IMG/VR virus record: IMGVR_UViG_3300033273_000658
Location: 64,001 to 128,000 of that record
Source: a virus
DNA: 64,000 nucleotides
Direction: 5' to 3' (one strand)
Shown here: in pieces, positions 1 to 10,146 of the stretch
Layout: the number at the start of each line of letters is the position of its first letter
Numbering within the stretch: position 1 is the first letter of the stretch
Position numbers and translations under genes: made by a program
Notes under the pieces: model-generated
The model's input: only the letters and a program-made list of their open reading frames with translations
What the model was told of the DNA's origin: nothing
Databases searched by the model: none

Positions 1-37
1 AAATTTCTTAAGCACCTGTTCAACTACGAGGAATAAA

Positions 38-1036
38 ATGTTCAACCCCAATCATAAATTAATACAAAAAATAAAAGAGAAAGGAGGGTTTATTAACTCT
101 CATGCCCATTTTGATCGGGCTTATACCGTGACTGAAGATAATATGGAAAAGGTGGTTAATTACCACCTTTTTGATAAATGGCAGTTCGTTGATAAGTTCA
201 AGAAGAATGCCGAAGTCTCAATTTATATTCACAACATGATGGCAGCAATAAATCAACAAATCAAGTATGGAGTTGTTGGTGCTTTGACATTTGTTGACAT
301 TGATAGTGTATGTGGTTTTAAAGCAGTAGAAGCAGCTCAGATAGTAAAAAAAGAAGCGAAAGCCAAAGGTTTTGAGCTTAAAATTTGTTCCCAAGCGTTG
401 AAAGGTGTCTTGGCACCTAAAGAAAATAAATTACTTAAAAAAGCCTTAGATTTGGGGTATTTGGATGCTATTGGTGGTCTTCCAAGAGCAGATGAAGGAA
501 AAGCACAAGCACACTTAGATCAAATTCTTTTTTTAGGCAAAGAATATGGAAAGAGAGTTCATGTACACGTTGATCAACTTAATGATTCTCTAGAAAAAGA
601 AACCGAAATGCTTGCTTTGAGAACAATGCATTGGGGCATGGAAGGTAGAGTGACCGCTGTTCACGGTATTTCTATTGCAGCACATCCAAAAGAATACAGA
701 GAGCGTGTTTATGGTTTGGCTCGTGATGCGGCCCTTTCTTTTGTCTCATGCCCAACAGCTTGGATTGACTCTCGCAGAAAAGAGTGGTTAACTCCAACAC
801 ATAACTCCATCACACCTGTTGAAGAAATGATAAAACATGGCCTGACAGTTGCTATTGGCTCAGATAACATCCAAGATGTTTATAAACCATTCTCAGATGG
901 AAACATGTACACAGAGCTTAAATTTTTGCTTGAATGTTTGCATTTGTACGACATTGATACCCTTGTTGACATCGCAACCAAAAACGGGAGACTAGTTATT
1001 GGTATGGAGGATAATAATGAAGGAGCCAAAATTTAA
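38..1036 (+). CDS. Metal-dependent amidohydrolase, cytosine-deaminase (CodA)-like
   Basis: GGFINSHAHFD (HxH metal motif), HVHVDQ, VTAVHG and GSDNI..P match the amidohydrolase TIM-barrel pattern; RBS GAGG upstream. Confidence 0.8.
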   Translation: MFNPNHKLIQKIKEKGGFINSHAHFDRAYTVTEDNMEKVVNYHLFDKWQFVDKFKKNAEVSIYIHNMMAAINQQIKYGVVGALTFVDIDSVCGFKAVEAAQIVKKEAKAKGFELKICSQALKGVLAPKENKLLKKALDLGYLDAIGGLPRADEGKAQAHLDQILFLGKEYGKRVHVHVDQLNDSLEKETEMLALRTMHWGMEGRVTAVHGISIAAHPKEYRERVYGLARDAALSFVSCPTAWIDSRRKEWLTPTHNSITPVEEMIKHGLTVAIGSDNIQDVYKPFSDGNMYTELKFLLECLHLYDIDTLVDIATKNGRLVIGMEDNNEGAKI

Positions 1037-1280
1037 AGTTGGAGACCTTGTATTCTATCAAGCATCTGAAATAAATAAGTATGCTAATGGCGAGAGACAG
1101 ATGGGAATAGTACTTAAAGTTACCCCGGAAGTTTCACCACTGTTTGAGGATCTACCTGATGCCCATATGTGGGCGTATGAGTTTAAAGTTAAATGGATTG
1201 AAACAGGATACACTTCAACGCTTCACGGATTTAATTTAAAAAAAATTGAAATTCCACTTGACAAAGAAGAAGAAACATGA
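1017..1280 (+). CDS. Small KOW/SH3-like hypothetical protein (FKVGDLV family)
   Basis: Start moved to ATG 1017 after GGAGG; KVGDLV...GIV...VKW pattern. Confidence 0.6.
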   Translation: MKEPKFKVGDLVFYQASEINKYANGERQMGIVLKVTPEVSPLFEDLPDAHMWAYEFKVKWIETGYTSTLHGFNLKKIEIPLDKEEET

Positions 1281-1286
1281 TATACT
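1258..1286 (+). promoter_or_regulatory. sigma70-type promoter upstream of small ORF and tmRNA
   Basis: TTGACA-17nt-TATACT with TG extended -10. Confidence 0.8.
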
Positions 1287-1303
1287 ATAATAGAGGAGGA
1301 AAC

Positions 1304-1498
1304 ATGGTAGGAAGATTAGTAAAATGGATTCACGATGAGATGCCAACAAATCTTTGTGTAATAATTGATGATTTAGGGTACAAAGAAGATCATATAGTTT
1401 TATCCGAAGAAGAAGAAAATGAAATGCTTTTTCTTTGTTATGACTTTGTAACAAACGAACAATTTTATGCTTTGGAGAATGAACTCCAGTTTATTTAG
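1304..1498 (+). CDS. Hypothetical protein; the last base of its stop codon is the first G of tmRNA
   Basis: ATG after GAGGAGG; TAG at 1496-1498. Confidence 0.6.
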   Translation: MVGRLVKWIHDEMPTNLCVIIDDLGYKEDHIVLSEEEENEMLFLCYDFVTNEQFYALENELQFI

Positions 1499-1883
1499 GG
1501 GGCGCAATGGTTTCGACAGGGTAGACATGAAGGACAAGTGCAAGTAGGTAAGAACGACCTTAACAGTTTAAAAAAATTATAATTGCCAATAATAACAATT
1601 ATTTCGAAGTAGCTCAAGCAGCTTAATCGGGTGGTTTCTTTATACCATCAGTCCAAATAAAGATAGTCAGATGGGTGAGACGATAAAGTTATAAGGGAGT
1701 CTAGCGGACTTTGCCGTACCTAAAATGGTTACCCTGTTGGTAGCAGGTGGAACTCTAAGGCTACACAAGAGTTGGTTGGAAAAAAGGTAGCTACTTTGTT
1801 TGTTTAGAGAAACAAAATAAACTTGTGAACGACTTTAATTTATGATGCGCTGGACAGCAGTTCAATTCTGCTCGCCTCCACCA
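1498..1883 (+). ncRNA. ssrA: tmRNA, tag peptide ANNNNYFEVAQAA* (1585-1626)
   Basis: 5' GGGGGCG..GGTTTCGAC; 3' T-arm GCAGTTCAATTCTGC then CGCCTCC-A-CCA; acceptor stem has the G3.U alanine identity pair; resume codon GCC after ATAATT; tag ends in AA. Confidence 0.95.
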
Positions 1884-1933
1884 CTTTTTATTTTAAAATA
1901 ACTATTTATTGTAAATTTTATGGAGATTTAAAA

Positions 1934-2308
1934 ATGAAACTAACAACCCAAAAACTTAAGCAACTCATTAAAGAAGAGCTGAGCAACATAAAAGAATCAG
2001 AGGTTTATGAATTCCCAGATGTTAGTGGCTCAGCGCTGAACCCTGATAACATTGCAAAATACAGAGACTCGATTAAGCACCGCAAACCTCTTAGTGAAGA
2101 ACACATAGCTGACTTTCAACAATTTAAACAAATGTTGAAAACCCTTATAAAAGATAAATACGGTAGAAATCAAAATGAAATACACCACTATACACAAATC
2201 CAGAAATTTATTGCAGGCGTAGAGATGCAACTTGACTATCTTTTCTATGACCTTAAAAAGATAATGGAAAATCCATTGGATTATGAACATCTTGATGATG
2301 AAGGTTAA
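1934..2308 (+). CDS. Hypothetical protein with MKLTTQKLKQLIKEEL leader (putative virion-internal protein)
   Basis: Leader shared with several late-zone ORFs; ACTATTTA motif at 1901. Confidence 0.6.
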   Translation: MKLTTQKLKQLIKEELSNIKESEVYEFPDVSGSALNPDNIAKYRDSIKHRKPLSEEHIADFQQFKQMLKTLIKDKYGRNQNEIHHYTQIQKFIAGVEMQLDYLFYDLKKIMENPLDYEHLDDEG

Positions 2309-2318
2309 CTAAAAATAT

Positions 2319-2347
2319 TTGACAAACTCCTGAGAACATGTTATACT
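2319..2347 (+). promoter_or_regulatory. sigma70-type promoter
   Basis: TTGACA-17-TATACT with TG extended -10. Confidence 0.8.
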
Positions 2348-2369
2348 ATAATATAACTTAGGAGAAAAT

Positions 2370-2831
2370 ATGAATAGATTAGTACCTCCATCAATATGGA
2401 GTAATAAAACAGTTTTAGTGTCCGGTGGGTTTGATCCCATTCATGCCGGACATGTTGCTATGATAAGAGATGCAGCAAAGCACGGAGATGTGATTGTTGT
2501 TGCGAACTCTGACGAATGGCTTATGCGAAAGAAAGGGTTTGTGTTTATGCCCTTTGAAGAACGCCGAGACATTCTTAAGGAGATTAAAGGTGTCATCATT
2601 GTAGCAGCTGTCGATGACTCAGACGGAACGGTTTGTGATGCCCTTCGAAAAATTCGCCCAGACTATTTTGCTAATGGCGGAGACAGAGGAAAGAACAACA
2701 CACCGGAACAAGATGTCTGTGAAGAACTTGGCATCGAAATGCTTTGGGGAGTCGGTGGAGATTACAAACGAAACTCTTCATCTGACCTTGCAAAGAACTT
2801 GGTAGAAAATTATCCAAAGGAGGAAAAGTGA
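2370..2831 (+). CDS. HxGH cytidylyl/adenylyltransferase (TagD/RfaE-II/RibL-like)
   Basis: SGGFDPIHAGH, VVANSD, ERRDIL, FANGGDR, SSS motifs. Confidence 0.85.
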   Translation: MNRLVPPSIWSNKTVLVSGGFDPIHAGHVAMIRDAAKHGDVIVVANSDEWLMRKKGFVFMPFEERRDILKEIKGVIIVAAVDDSDGTVCDALRKIRPDYFANGGDRGKNNTPEQDVCEELGIEMLWGVGGDYKRNSSSDLAKNLVENYPKEEK

Positions 2832-2925
2832 ACGAACAATGGATTTTTTATTTAGATGCTCTCATCCCAATGGTAGGGTTAGTGTGTTTTTATTATTGCT
2901 TACATAATATAGAATAGGAGAACAA

Positions 2926-3174
2926 ATGAAAGAATATTTGATTTGGTATCGACTTCCCGGAGATACCATTGATAGAGTCCGTGGAACCGCTCGCAACTGG
3001 CAAAGAGCCGAAAGAATGGCTGAGAATCTTCATCTTCGTTTAACAAGCAATGATATTGATGTTGAAGCTGTTGGTGTCAAAAGTGGCTTCCATGGAGAGC
3101 TATATGAAGATGAAACACTACATATGAGATGGAATGTTATACCACCAGAACCAGAGCAACAGGAGGAACAATGA
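2926..3174 (+). CDS. Hypothetical protein
   Basis: ORF with AGGAG RBS. Confidence 0.55.
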   Translation: MKEYLIWYRLPGDTIDRVRGTARNWQRAERMAENLHLRLTSNDIDVEAVGVKSGFHGELYEDETLHMRWNVIPPEPEQQEEQ

Positions 3175-4088
3175 GATTTGCTTTATTAACAACACTTTTA
3201 TCATGCGGCGGAGACATTCTTATCTCCGCAAACTATGATGAAAAAACAAACGATACAAATAATGCTATCGTTGTTGAGGACACTGTATCCCCAAGTCCAA
3301 CAACGGACACCCCAAGCGAGCCATCAAGTAGCCCCACAAGTGAACCAGAGACTCAAATGACCGAACTATCCGTTGGTCTTGCAACAATTCATTTCCGACA
3401 GATTTCATGTCCAGCATGTGTTGGGGCTTATGGAGAGTTTGATATTTCAGCAGAACTAAAGATGCATCAACCAACATCCGGAGACTACTTTCAATACATG
3501 ACTCCCGTTGGTACATGTACAACTAATTTAATTGAGACCTATGTGAGCTCACAACCAGTTCAAGCGACACAACCCGCTATGTTTAACAACATTAGTCTCA
3601 ATCCATCAGGACAAGGACAGTGGACAAATAACTACCTCTACGAGTATCAAATAGAGAGACAAACACCTCACACAATTGTTACTGAAAACGGCACGATAAT
3701 CGATGCGTTTACGACCGTAGAGGGCTTTGATGACATTCAGCCCTACACCTTATTGTGGGTTGATCCTTCCTACGCTTTTGACGCTGTAATCTCCAAGAAT
3801 GGCACAACTTTTACATGGTATCCTGTGTTACCTCTTGATTACTTTGAGGTTCTTATTGCGGTCTATTCACCCGATGGTTCTCAACTTCTTGGAGCAGTTA
3901 GTTGCATGGAGACAGACACAGGTTACATGTGGGTTCCCGGAAACTATTTCCAAACATTTCCAACTTGGTCTCTTGCTGCCGTTCATCTTATCCGACACAG
4001 GATTGGAAGACAGATAGCACCAGAGTTTAATGGCTACATTGATTCTCACATGATTTGGGAAGTTGTTGGAACTGGACACATAGAATAG
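3171..4088 (+). CDS. Putative lipoprotein with Ser/Pro/Thr linker
   Basis: Start moved to ATG 3171 after AGGAGG; MRFALLTTLLSC lipobox-like; PSEPSSSPTSEP linker. Confidence 0.65.
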   Translation: MRFALLTTLLSCGGDILISANYDEKTNDTNNAIVVEDTVSPSPTTDTPSEPSSSPTSEPETQMTELSVGLATIHFRQISCPACVGAYGEFDISAELKMHQPTSGDYFQYMTPVGTCTTNLIETYVSSQPVQATQPAMFNNISLNPSGQGQWTNNYLYEYQIERQTPHTIVTENGTIIDAFTTVEGFDDIQPYTLLWVDPSYAFDAVISKNGTTFTWYPVLPLDYFEVLIAVYSPDGSQLLGAVSCMETDTGYMWVPGNYFQTFPTWSLAAVHLIRHRIGRQIAPEFNGYIDSHMIWEVVGTGHIE

Positions 4089-4092
4089 GTCT

Positions 4093-4152
4093 AAAGGCAT
4101 CCTACTGAAGAATCAGTGATAAGGGCTCCTCTCGCTAGGGTGCCTTTTTTTT
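4093..4152 (+). terminator. Long-loop hairpin followed by a U-tract
   Basis: AAAGGCATCCTA...TAGGGTGCCTTT then a T run. Confidence 0.55.
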
Positions 4153-4163
4153 ATATAAAACAT

Positions 4164-4192
4164 TTGACAAAGTACCAATACCATGGTATAAT
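4164..4192 (+). promoter_or_regulatory. sigma70-type promoter of dnaE
   Basis: TTGACA-17-TATAAT, perfect consensus. Confidence 0.85.
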
Positions 4193-4215
4193 ATAAACAT
4201 AATTGAGGAGGAATT

Positions 4216-7200
4216 ATGAAAAACATAAAATTTGTTGGGCTTCACGCTCATTCGGGTGTTGGTTCACCCTTTGATGGATTTGGATATCCACAAGAACACA
4301 TGGACTTTTGCTATGAGAATGGAGGTCGTGCTCTCGCATTGACTGATCATGGTAACATGAACGGTTTTGCTTATCAAATCCTTCATGCTAACAAGATGGC
4401 AAAAGAAGGCAAAGACTTCAAGCCAATCTTTGGTGTTGAAGCTTATTTCATTAATGATGTAGAACAATGGAGAAAAGAATATGAAGAACACAAAGCAGAT
4501 AAGAAAAAAGCAAAAGAACTCTCCGATAAACAATCAGGAGTTAATGTTGAAGAAGAAGGAGCTACTAAGTCAAAAGGTCGCTCAATTAATCGCTCTCGTC
4601 ATTTAGTTCTTCTTGCAATGAACCAAACTGGACTTAACAACATATTTAAATTAGTATCGGAAAGTTACAGTGGGAAATATTTTTATAGAAAGCCTCGCAT
4701 GGATTATAATCTCCTTAGTAAATACAGCGATGGTGTTATTGCTATGTCTGCTTGTCTTGGCGGTGTTTACGCTGGGTGCTATTGGGAGAATGTTGAGGAT
4801 GGCGAAGAGGCAGTTCTTAACTGCATGCGCGAAACCACACGAACGATGGTTGGCATTTTTGGTGATCGTTGGTATGGTGAGTTACAGTGGAATGCTGTAC
4901 CTGAGCAGCATGCTCTAAACAAATACATTATTCAGATGCACAAAGAGTTTGGTATCAAGTTGGTTTCAACAGCTGACTCGCACTATCCTACACCGACCGC
5001 TTGGAAAGACCGTGAGTTGTACAAACGTCTCGGTTGGTTAGGTCGTGGTGCACCTGAATGGTTGGACATGACTCTTCCCGGCTCTGTTCAAGACATGGAC
5101 TATGAACTGTATCCAAAGAATGGAGAGCAGATGTGGGAAGATTTTAAGAAATACTCGGAGGCATACGATTATGATGAACAACTCATCCTTAATAGCATTG
5201 AGGAAAGCCATCGTATCGCTTTCGAACGCATTGAACAGTTTATTCCAGACACTACTGTTCGTCTTCCTGATTTTGTTGTACCTGCTGGTCGTGATGAGGA
5301 TGACTATCTACGTGATTTATCACTTGGTGGGTTAAGTCATTTGCGTAAAGACAAGGGAGATTACATCTCTAGAATAAACCATGAGCTTAAAGTTATTGCT
5401 GATCGTGGTTTCTCAAAGTATTTCTTAACTATGAAAGCTATCTCTGATAAAACAAATGAAGTCCAGTTGGCTGGCCCTGGTCGTGGTTCAGCTGCTGGCT
5501 CATTGGTGGCCTACGCCCTAGGCATCACACAGGTTGATCCTATTGAGTATGGACTTCTGTTCTCTCGTTTCTTGCGCTCCGATGCAACAGACTATCCAGA
5601 CATCGACTATGATGTATCTGATCCTATGGTTCTGAAAGACATGCTTATCGAAGAGTGGGGCGATGATGTTGTTGTTCCTATCTCAAACTGGAATACACTT
5701 CAGCTTCGTTCTCTTCTCAAAGACATCTCCAAGTTCTACGAGATCCCATTCAATGAAGTGAACGCTGTTACAAACGTTATGATGAAAGAAGCCACACCTG
5801 CGGCCAAGCGAAAGCATGGTATCAAGGCTGGTGTATACACTCCTACGTTTGAAGAAACAATTGAGTTTTCTGACACTCTTCGTGCGTTCCTCAATAAGTA
5901 TCCACATGTTGCAGATCATGTTATGGCACTCTATGGATCTTATCGTTCGTGCTCTCGTCATGCTGGTGGTGTGGTTGTCGGAGAACAATTGAATAAGTAC
6001 ATGCCTTTGATTTCATCTAAAGGTGTGCGTCAAACCCCATGGTCTGAAGGTCAGAACGTTCGTCAGCTTGAACCGCTTGGTTTTATTAAGTTTGACATTC
6101 TTGGCCTATCAACGTTGAGAATGATTGAAGATTGTATTCGTCGTGTTCTAATTAACAATGGCACTAAGAATCCAACATTCGCTCAAATTAAATCTTTCTA
6201 CGATCAAAATCTACATCCAGATGTTATTGATCTCAACGACGAGGACGTTTATGAAAACATTTTCCATCAAGGCAAGTGGGCTGGTATTTTCCAGTTTACT
6301 GAGAAAGGTGCTCAATCTTTCGCTGTTCGCGCCCAACCAAAGTCTATCATTGATATTGCGGCTATCACGTCAATCTATCGCCCTGGGCCTTTATCGGCTG
6401 GTGTTGATAAGCAGTATGTCGCTGCTATCAATGATACTCTATCGATTAGTTATCTACATGAACTTGTAGAAGAAGTTACCAAAGAAACTTATGGCTTCTT
6501 GATTTTCCAAGAACAGATTGCTCTTCTTGCTTATAAACTCGGAGAAAATATCTCTATGGATGAAGCTAACCTCCTCCGCAAAGTACTTACTAAGAAGGGT
6601 ACGGGGAAAGGACATGAGATTAAAGAAGCGATCAAAGAAAAGTTTATCACGGGCTGTGAGAAGAAAGACATTAAGAAAGAAGATGCGGAGCAACTCTGGG
6701 CTACTTTTGAATATTTCTCTGGCTATGGTTTTAATAAGTCTCATGCTGTTTCTTATTCCATCATCTCTTTTCAATGCGCTTGGCTATACAATTATTTTCC
6801 TACTGAGTGGATGTGTTCTTTTCTTGATCGTGAACCCGACACTCGCAAAGAGAAAGCAATTAATATTGCAAAGTCTCACGGTTTCTCTATCAGCGACATT
6901 GATATTAATGTTTCTGGTGAAAGCTGGGAAGCTACTGATGCCACTAATCTAGTCGCACCTCTTACAACAATCAAAGGTCTTGGTGACAAAGCTATCGAAG
7001 AGATAGTTGCGAACCGCCCGTTTGAGACTGTTGAAGATTTACTATTCAATGAGAATGTTGTCTATCGTAAACTCAACAAAAAGTCTCTAGATGCTCTTTG
7101 TCGTGGTGGTGCTTTGGATTCACTTATTGATGACAGGTTCACAGGCGCTCAACACTTTTGGGCTGCATGTTGCCAGGATCGCCCGAAAAACCTTAAAAAA

Positions 7201-7641
7201 CTCGCTGAAAACATTGAGGCGTATAAGGAGGCCGGCGACTTCTCAAAAGACGATAGAGTTGAATTTCTTACGGAATTAACGGGTATTTTCCCTATGAATC
7301 TTGTTGCTCCGGAAGAAGTACAACAGTCTCTTGCTAAGTTCTGTGTTCCGCCTATCTCTGAGTTTGATCCTGCACTTGGTGCATGTTGGGGCATACCTCG
7401 CAATGTAAATCTTCGTAAGTCAAAGAATGGTAAGTGGTTTGCGGTTATCGATCTGATTGATTCAAATAGTAAACTTACAAAACTTCGGTATTGGGGTGTA
7501 AATAAAGATACTATTCGTGATGAGATTCTCTTGAACGAAGTTTACATCATCAAGCCACAATACTCTGATGGTTGGGGATTCTCAACAAGAGGTCATGTTG
7601 ATAAAACATGGAAACGTATGACAACAAATAAGGAGGAATAA
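4216..7641 (+). CDS. dnaE: DNA polymerase III alpha subunit (family C)
   Basis: PHP domain (HAHS..DG, ALTDHG, ADSHY), GRGSAAGSLVAY, catalytic PDIDYD, KFDILGL, FQEQ, GYGFNKSHA. Confidence 0.95.
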   Translation: MKNIKFVGLHAHSGVGSPFDGFGYPQEHMDFCYENGGRALALTDHGNMNGFAYQILHANKMAKEGKDFKPIFGVEAYFINDVEQWRKEYEEHKADKKKAKELSDKQSGVNVEEEGATKSKGRSINRSRHLVLLAMNQTGLNNIFKLVSESYSGKYFYRKPRMDYNLLSKYSDGVIAMSACLGGVYAGCYWENVEDGEEAVLNCMRETTRTMVGIFGDRWYGELQWNAVPEQHALNKYIIQMHKEFGIKLVSTADSHYPTPTAWKDRELYKRLGWLGRGAPEWLDMTLPGSVQDMDYELYPKNGEQMWEDFKKYSEAYDYDEQLILNSIEESHRIAFERIEQFIPDTTVRLPDFVVPAGRDEDDYLRDLSLGGLSHLRKDKGDYISRINHELKVIADRGFSKYFLTMKAISDKTNEVQLAGPGRGSAAGSLVAYALGITQVDPIEYGLLFSRFLRSDATDYPDIDYDVSDPMVLKDMLIEEWGDDVVVPISNWNTLQLRSLLKDISKFYEIPFNEVNAVTNVMMKEATPAAKRKHGIKAGVYTPTFEETIEFSDTLRAFLNKYPHVADHVMALYGSYRSCSRHAGGVVVGEQLNKYMPLISSKGVRQTPWSEGQNVRQLEPLGFIKFDILGLSTLRMIEDCIRRVLINNGTKNPTFAQIKSFYDQNLHPDVIDLNDEDVYENIFHQGKWAGIFQFTEKGAQSFAVRAQPKSIIDIAAITSIYRPGPLSAGVDKQYVAAINDTLSISYLHELVEEVTKETYGFLIFQEQIALLAYKLGENISMDEANLLRKVLTKKGTGKGHEIKEAIKEKFITGCEKKDIKKEDAEQLWATFEYFSGYGFNKSHAVSYSIISFQCAWLYNYFPTEWMCSFLDREPDTRKEKAINIAKSHGFSISDIDINVSGESWEATDATNLVAPLTTIKGLGDKAIEEIVANRPFETVEDLLFNENVVYRKLNKKSLDALCRGGALDSLIDDRFTGAQHFWAACCQDRPKNLKKLAENIEAYKEAGDFSKDDRVEFLTELTGIFPMNLVAPEEVQQSLAKFCVPPISEFDPALGACWGIPRNVNLRKSKNGKWFAVIDLIDSNSKLTKLRYWGVNKDTIRDEILLNEVYIIKPQYSDGWGFSTRGHVDKTWKRMTTNKEE

Positions 7642-7913
7642 TGAATGAATTAACAAAAGTCATAGACAAAGGCTACCCAACAATGTTGGTCTTTGCCAAA
7701 GTAATAAGAAACATTGGCTACGATCACAACACAGGAGACGAGATAATAGAATATGATCCGAAACTCAAAGCCGGATTTATATTGGAAGAGAGCAAACAGT
7801 TCGAACAATACTATCTTGTCAAGTATTTTGATGGTTCTACATGTTTTCATTGGGGTGTAGATCTTTTTTATAGAAAAGATGAAGAAAAAAACTTGACATA
7901 CTTGAGAAAATAG
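7641..7913 (+). CDS. Hypothetical protein
   Basis: Coupled to the dnaE stop; AGGAGG RBS. Confidence 0.55.
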   Translation: MNELTKVIDKGYPTMLVFAKVIRNIGYDHNTGDEIIEYDPKLKAGFILEESKQFEQYYLVKYFDGSTCFHWGVDLFYRKDEEKNLTYLRK

Positions 7914-7921
7914 TGTATAAT
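7893..7921 (+). promoter_or_regulatory. sigma70-type promoter
   Basis: TTGACA-17-TATAAT. Confidence 0.8.
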
Positions 7922-7943
7922 ATAAAAGTAATGAGGAGGAAAC

Positions 7944-8519
7944 ATGACAACTTTACAAACAATTTTAAACAAATGGTATACCGTCAAGGAACTGGCTGAA
8001 TTATTTGGCACGGCTCAACAGCTGAATGGAAAGAAATCTCAATACCATAGCTTACAAAAAATAGGCTTAGGTGAATTGTGGCACAATGGCAGACACAATC
8101 ACATCTGGATACAAGACATGCTGAGTTGTGTGACGAATGGTGCACTATCCATCGGAGGACAAGGTAAGAAAAATCCTGACATGTTTGGCACAATTAACAA
8201 TCAAGAAGTTAGAGTTGAACACAAAGGCTTTGTTAACGAGAACAACATAAGAGTTAGCGCTTCTAAATTTTTTGCTAGCAACGGAGGTATGACAGAGTTG
8301 AAAAAATGCAAATCAGAAAAAGAAAAAATTGATTTGATACTTGGACACTATACAGATGATTACTATGTTCTCACAAAAACAAATGGAGAATCAATGAAAG
8401 CAATCACAAGTATAGACGACATCAAAGTTTTCTTAATTAAAACTTCTGACATGGTGCCAATGCTAAAAGATAGTGATAAAGTTCCTTTGTCTATTTTGGA
8501 TCTGTCGGAGGTAAAATGA
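7944..8519 (+). CDS. Putative PD-(D/E)xK endonuclease
   Basis: NPDMFG...VEHK spacing; overlaps a methyltransferase gene. Confidence 0.45.
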   Translation: MTTLQTILNKWYTVKELAELFGTAQQLNGKKSQYHSLQKIGLGELWHNGRHNHIWIQDMLSCVTNGALSIGGQGKKNPDMFGTINNQEVRVEHKGFVNENNIRVSASKFFASNGGMTELKKCKSEKEKIDLILGHYTDDYYVLTKTNGESMKAITSIDDIKVFLIKTSDMVPMLKDSDKVPLSILDLSEVK

Positions 8520-9451
8520 GTAACAACGTTAAAGACGGACATAAAAACAAACAATCGTATGCAAACACCAGAACAACAGGTAAAGAGCAGTATTATACTA
8601 ATCCGGATGTAGTTGACATGTGTATGGAAGAAGTTGCCAAACACATTGATCTTTCTGGTCGATTTATTCTAGAACCTTGTGGTGGAACTGGAGAGTTTAT
8701 TGAAGGCTTCAAAAGAGCTGGGATAACTGATGATAGGATAGTATCATACGACATTGAACCTAAACATCCAAAAGTTGTTTTGGGTAATTATCTGGAAACA
8801 GACATCGGTTTTAAAAATTATGTTTCAATTACAAACCCTCCATTCGGTAGAATGTCTACATTAGCCAAAAAATTTTTTAATCATGCGGCTGATCATAGTG
8901 ATTACATTTGTTATCTTATACCAAAATCTTGGAGAAAGTGGTCCACTAAAAACTCTTTAGATAGTCGATTTCATTTAATCTCAGACATTGAATTACCAAG
9001 AAATTGCTTTTACCTTCCGGAAGGCAAAGACACAAAGAAAGATGTACTTAACACAGTATTTCAGATTTGGGAAAAAAGAGACACTATTAGAAAAAAGATC
9101 ACCATACCAGACAATGGGTTAGTAAAAAAAATAAAACCAACAACAAAAACCGTCAAAGACAAAAACAACAAAGATGTTCAAAGGCCTGACCATGTTACTG
9201 GCGCAAATTTTGAAATGATTGTATTTGGGCATTCCTGTGGCAAGTTCAAAGATTTAGATCCTGCAAAAAAATACGATGCCAAAACAACAACAATGTATTT
9301 TAAAATAGATCGACAAGATGTCATTGACGCAATAAAACAGATTGACTTTTCAAAACATTATAATAATGTATCATACGTTCAAGCTTTATCTCTTCAAGAA
9401 ATAAACTATGAGCTGAATGAGTATTTTAAATTAAACAATTTCAAATTTTAG
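8516..9451 (+). CDS. SAM-dependent DNA amino-methyltransferase (N6-adenine, gamma-like motif order)
   Basis: QYYT, LEPCGGTGEF (motif I), YDIEP, NPPFG (motif IV). Confidence 0.85.
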   Translation: MSNNVKDGHKNKQSYANTRTTGKEQYYTNPDVVDMCMEEVAKHIDLSGRFILEPCGGTGEFIEGFKRAGITDDRIVSYDIEPKHPKVVLGNYLETDIGFKNYVSITNPPFGRMSTLAKKFFNHAADHSDYICYLIPKSWRKWSTKNSLDSRFHLISDIELPRNCFYLPEGKDTKKDVLNTVFQIWEKRDTIRKKITIPDNGLVKKIKPTTKTVKDKNNKDVQRPDHVTGANFEMIVFGHSCGKFKDLDPAKKYDAKTTTMYFKIDRQDVIDAIKQIDFSKHYNNVSYVQALSLQEINYELNEYFKLNNFKF

Positions 9452-9459
9452 GAGAAACT

Positions 9460-9735
9460 ATGCTAGATAAAAAATTACAACAAGAAATTATAAAAAAATT
9501 CAAAGGAAAAGGAGGACCACCAGACACTGAATGCTCTATTATAGATAGTAAGGACATAAAAGAGTTTGTTGACCTTTTTGCCATGGCTTCTCTCGCAGCC
9601 AAGATTGCTGAACGTTGTTGGCCAGCAGTTAAAGAAGCGAGAATCACAAGCACTGGGGACGGTGTTATGTACAAGATTGACCGCAAGTATTTTCGTGGTC
9701 TTGAATATTGTTTCAAAATTTTCAAGGAGGAATAA
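9460..9735 (+). CDS. Hypothetical protein
   Basis: ORF with AGGAG RBS. Confidence 0.5.
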   Translation: MLDKKLQQEIIKKFKGKGGPPDTECSIIDSKDIKEFVDLFAMASLAAKIAERCWPAVKEARITSTGDGVMYKIDRKYFRGLEYCFKIFKEE

Positions 9736-9840
9736 TGAATCATTTAATGAACTGTCACGGCGAATGGAACATGTTGTTCGCTTGTGCATCAACAATGCCC
9801 ATACTTGGAGTATGGATTCGTTACAAACTTGGAGGTAAAC

Positions 9841-10146
9841 ATGACGAATGATATTAAAATTGTGGTAAACAAAGATTACCGAGACACAAAGTCAAAAGAG
9901 GAGCACATCGCTGATTATATCGAAAGTCTTGTTGCTATCGAAGAAGCAATGGAGCCCTACAAAGAGCAGAAGCGAGATCTTAAAAAAGAATACATTGAAA
10001 AACAATGGCTTTCCAAAGAAGACATTTCTCTTTCTGTTCGCGCTCTCCGTCTTCTCAAAGAGGACATTGACATTCCACAATTAATGGACATGTACATCAC
10101 CCTCAGACGCAAGCACGGAGTTCAGAAGGAGGAAGATGATGAATAG
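9841..10146 (+). CDS. Putative GapR/T4-DsbA-like dsDNA-binding protein
   Basis: Helical YIESLVAIEE..KEQKRDLKKE..VRALRLLK resembles the DUF2312 pattern; start after GGAGG. Confidence 0.4.
   Translation: MTNDIKIVVNKDYRDTKSKEEHIADYIESLVAIEEAMEPYKEQKRDLKKEYIEKQWLSKEDISLSVRALRLLKEDIDIPQLMDMYITLRRKHGVQKEEDDE

Noticed and set aside
1498-1883. Stand-alone tRNA-Ala
   Set aside because: No anticodon arm; the acceptor halves are ~370 nt apart and enclose a tag ORF, so this is tmRNA.
4093-4152. Hammerhead ribozyme (CTGAAGA inside a closing stem)
   Set aside because: The required GAAA is absent (GATAA) and the stem II and cleavage-site geometry do not fit; kept as a terminator-like hairpin.
4216-7641. 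Intein or intron in dnaE
   Set aside because: Length and motif order are those of an uninterrupted DnaE; no intein splice-junction or LAGLIDADG motifs were seen.
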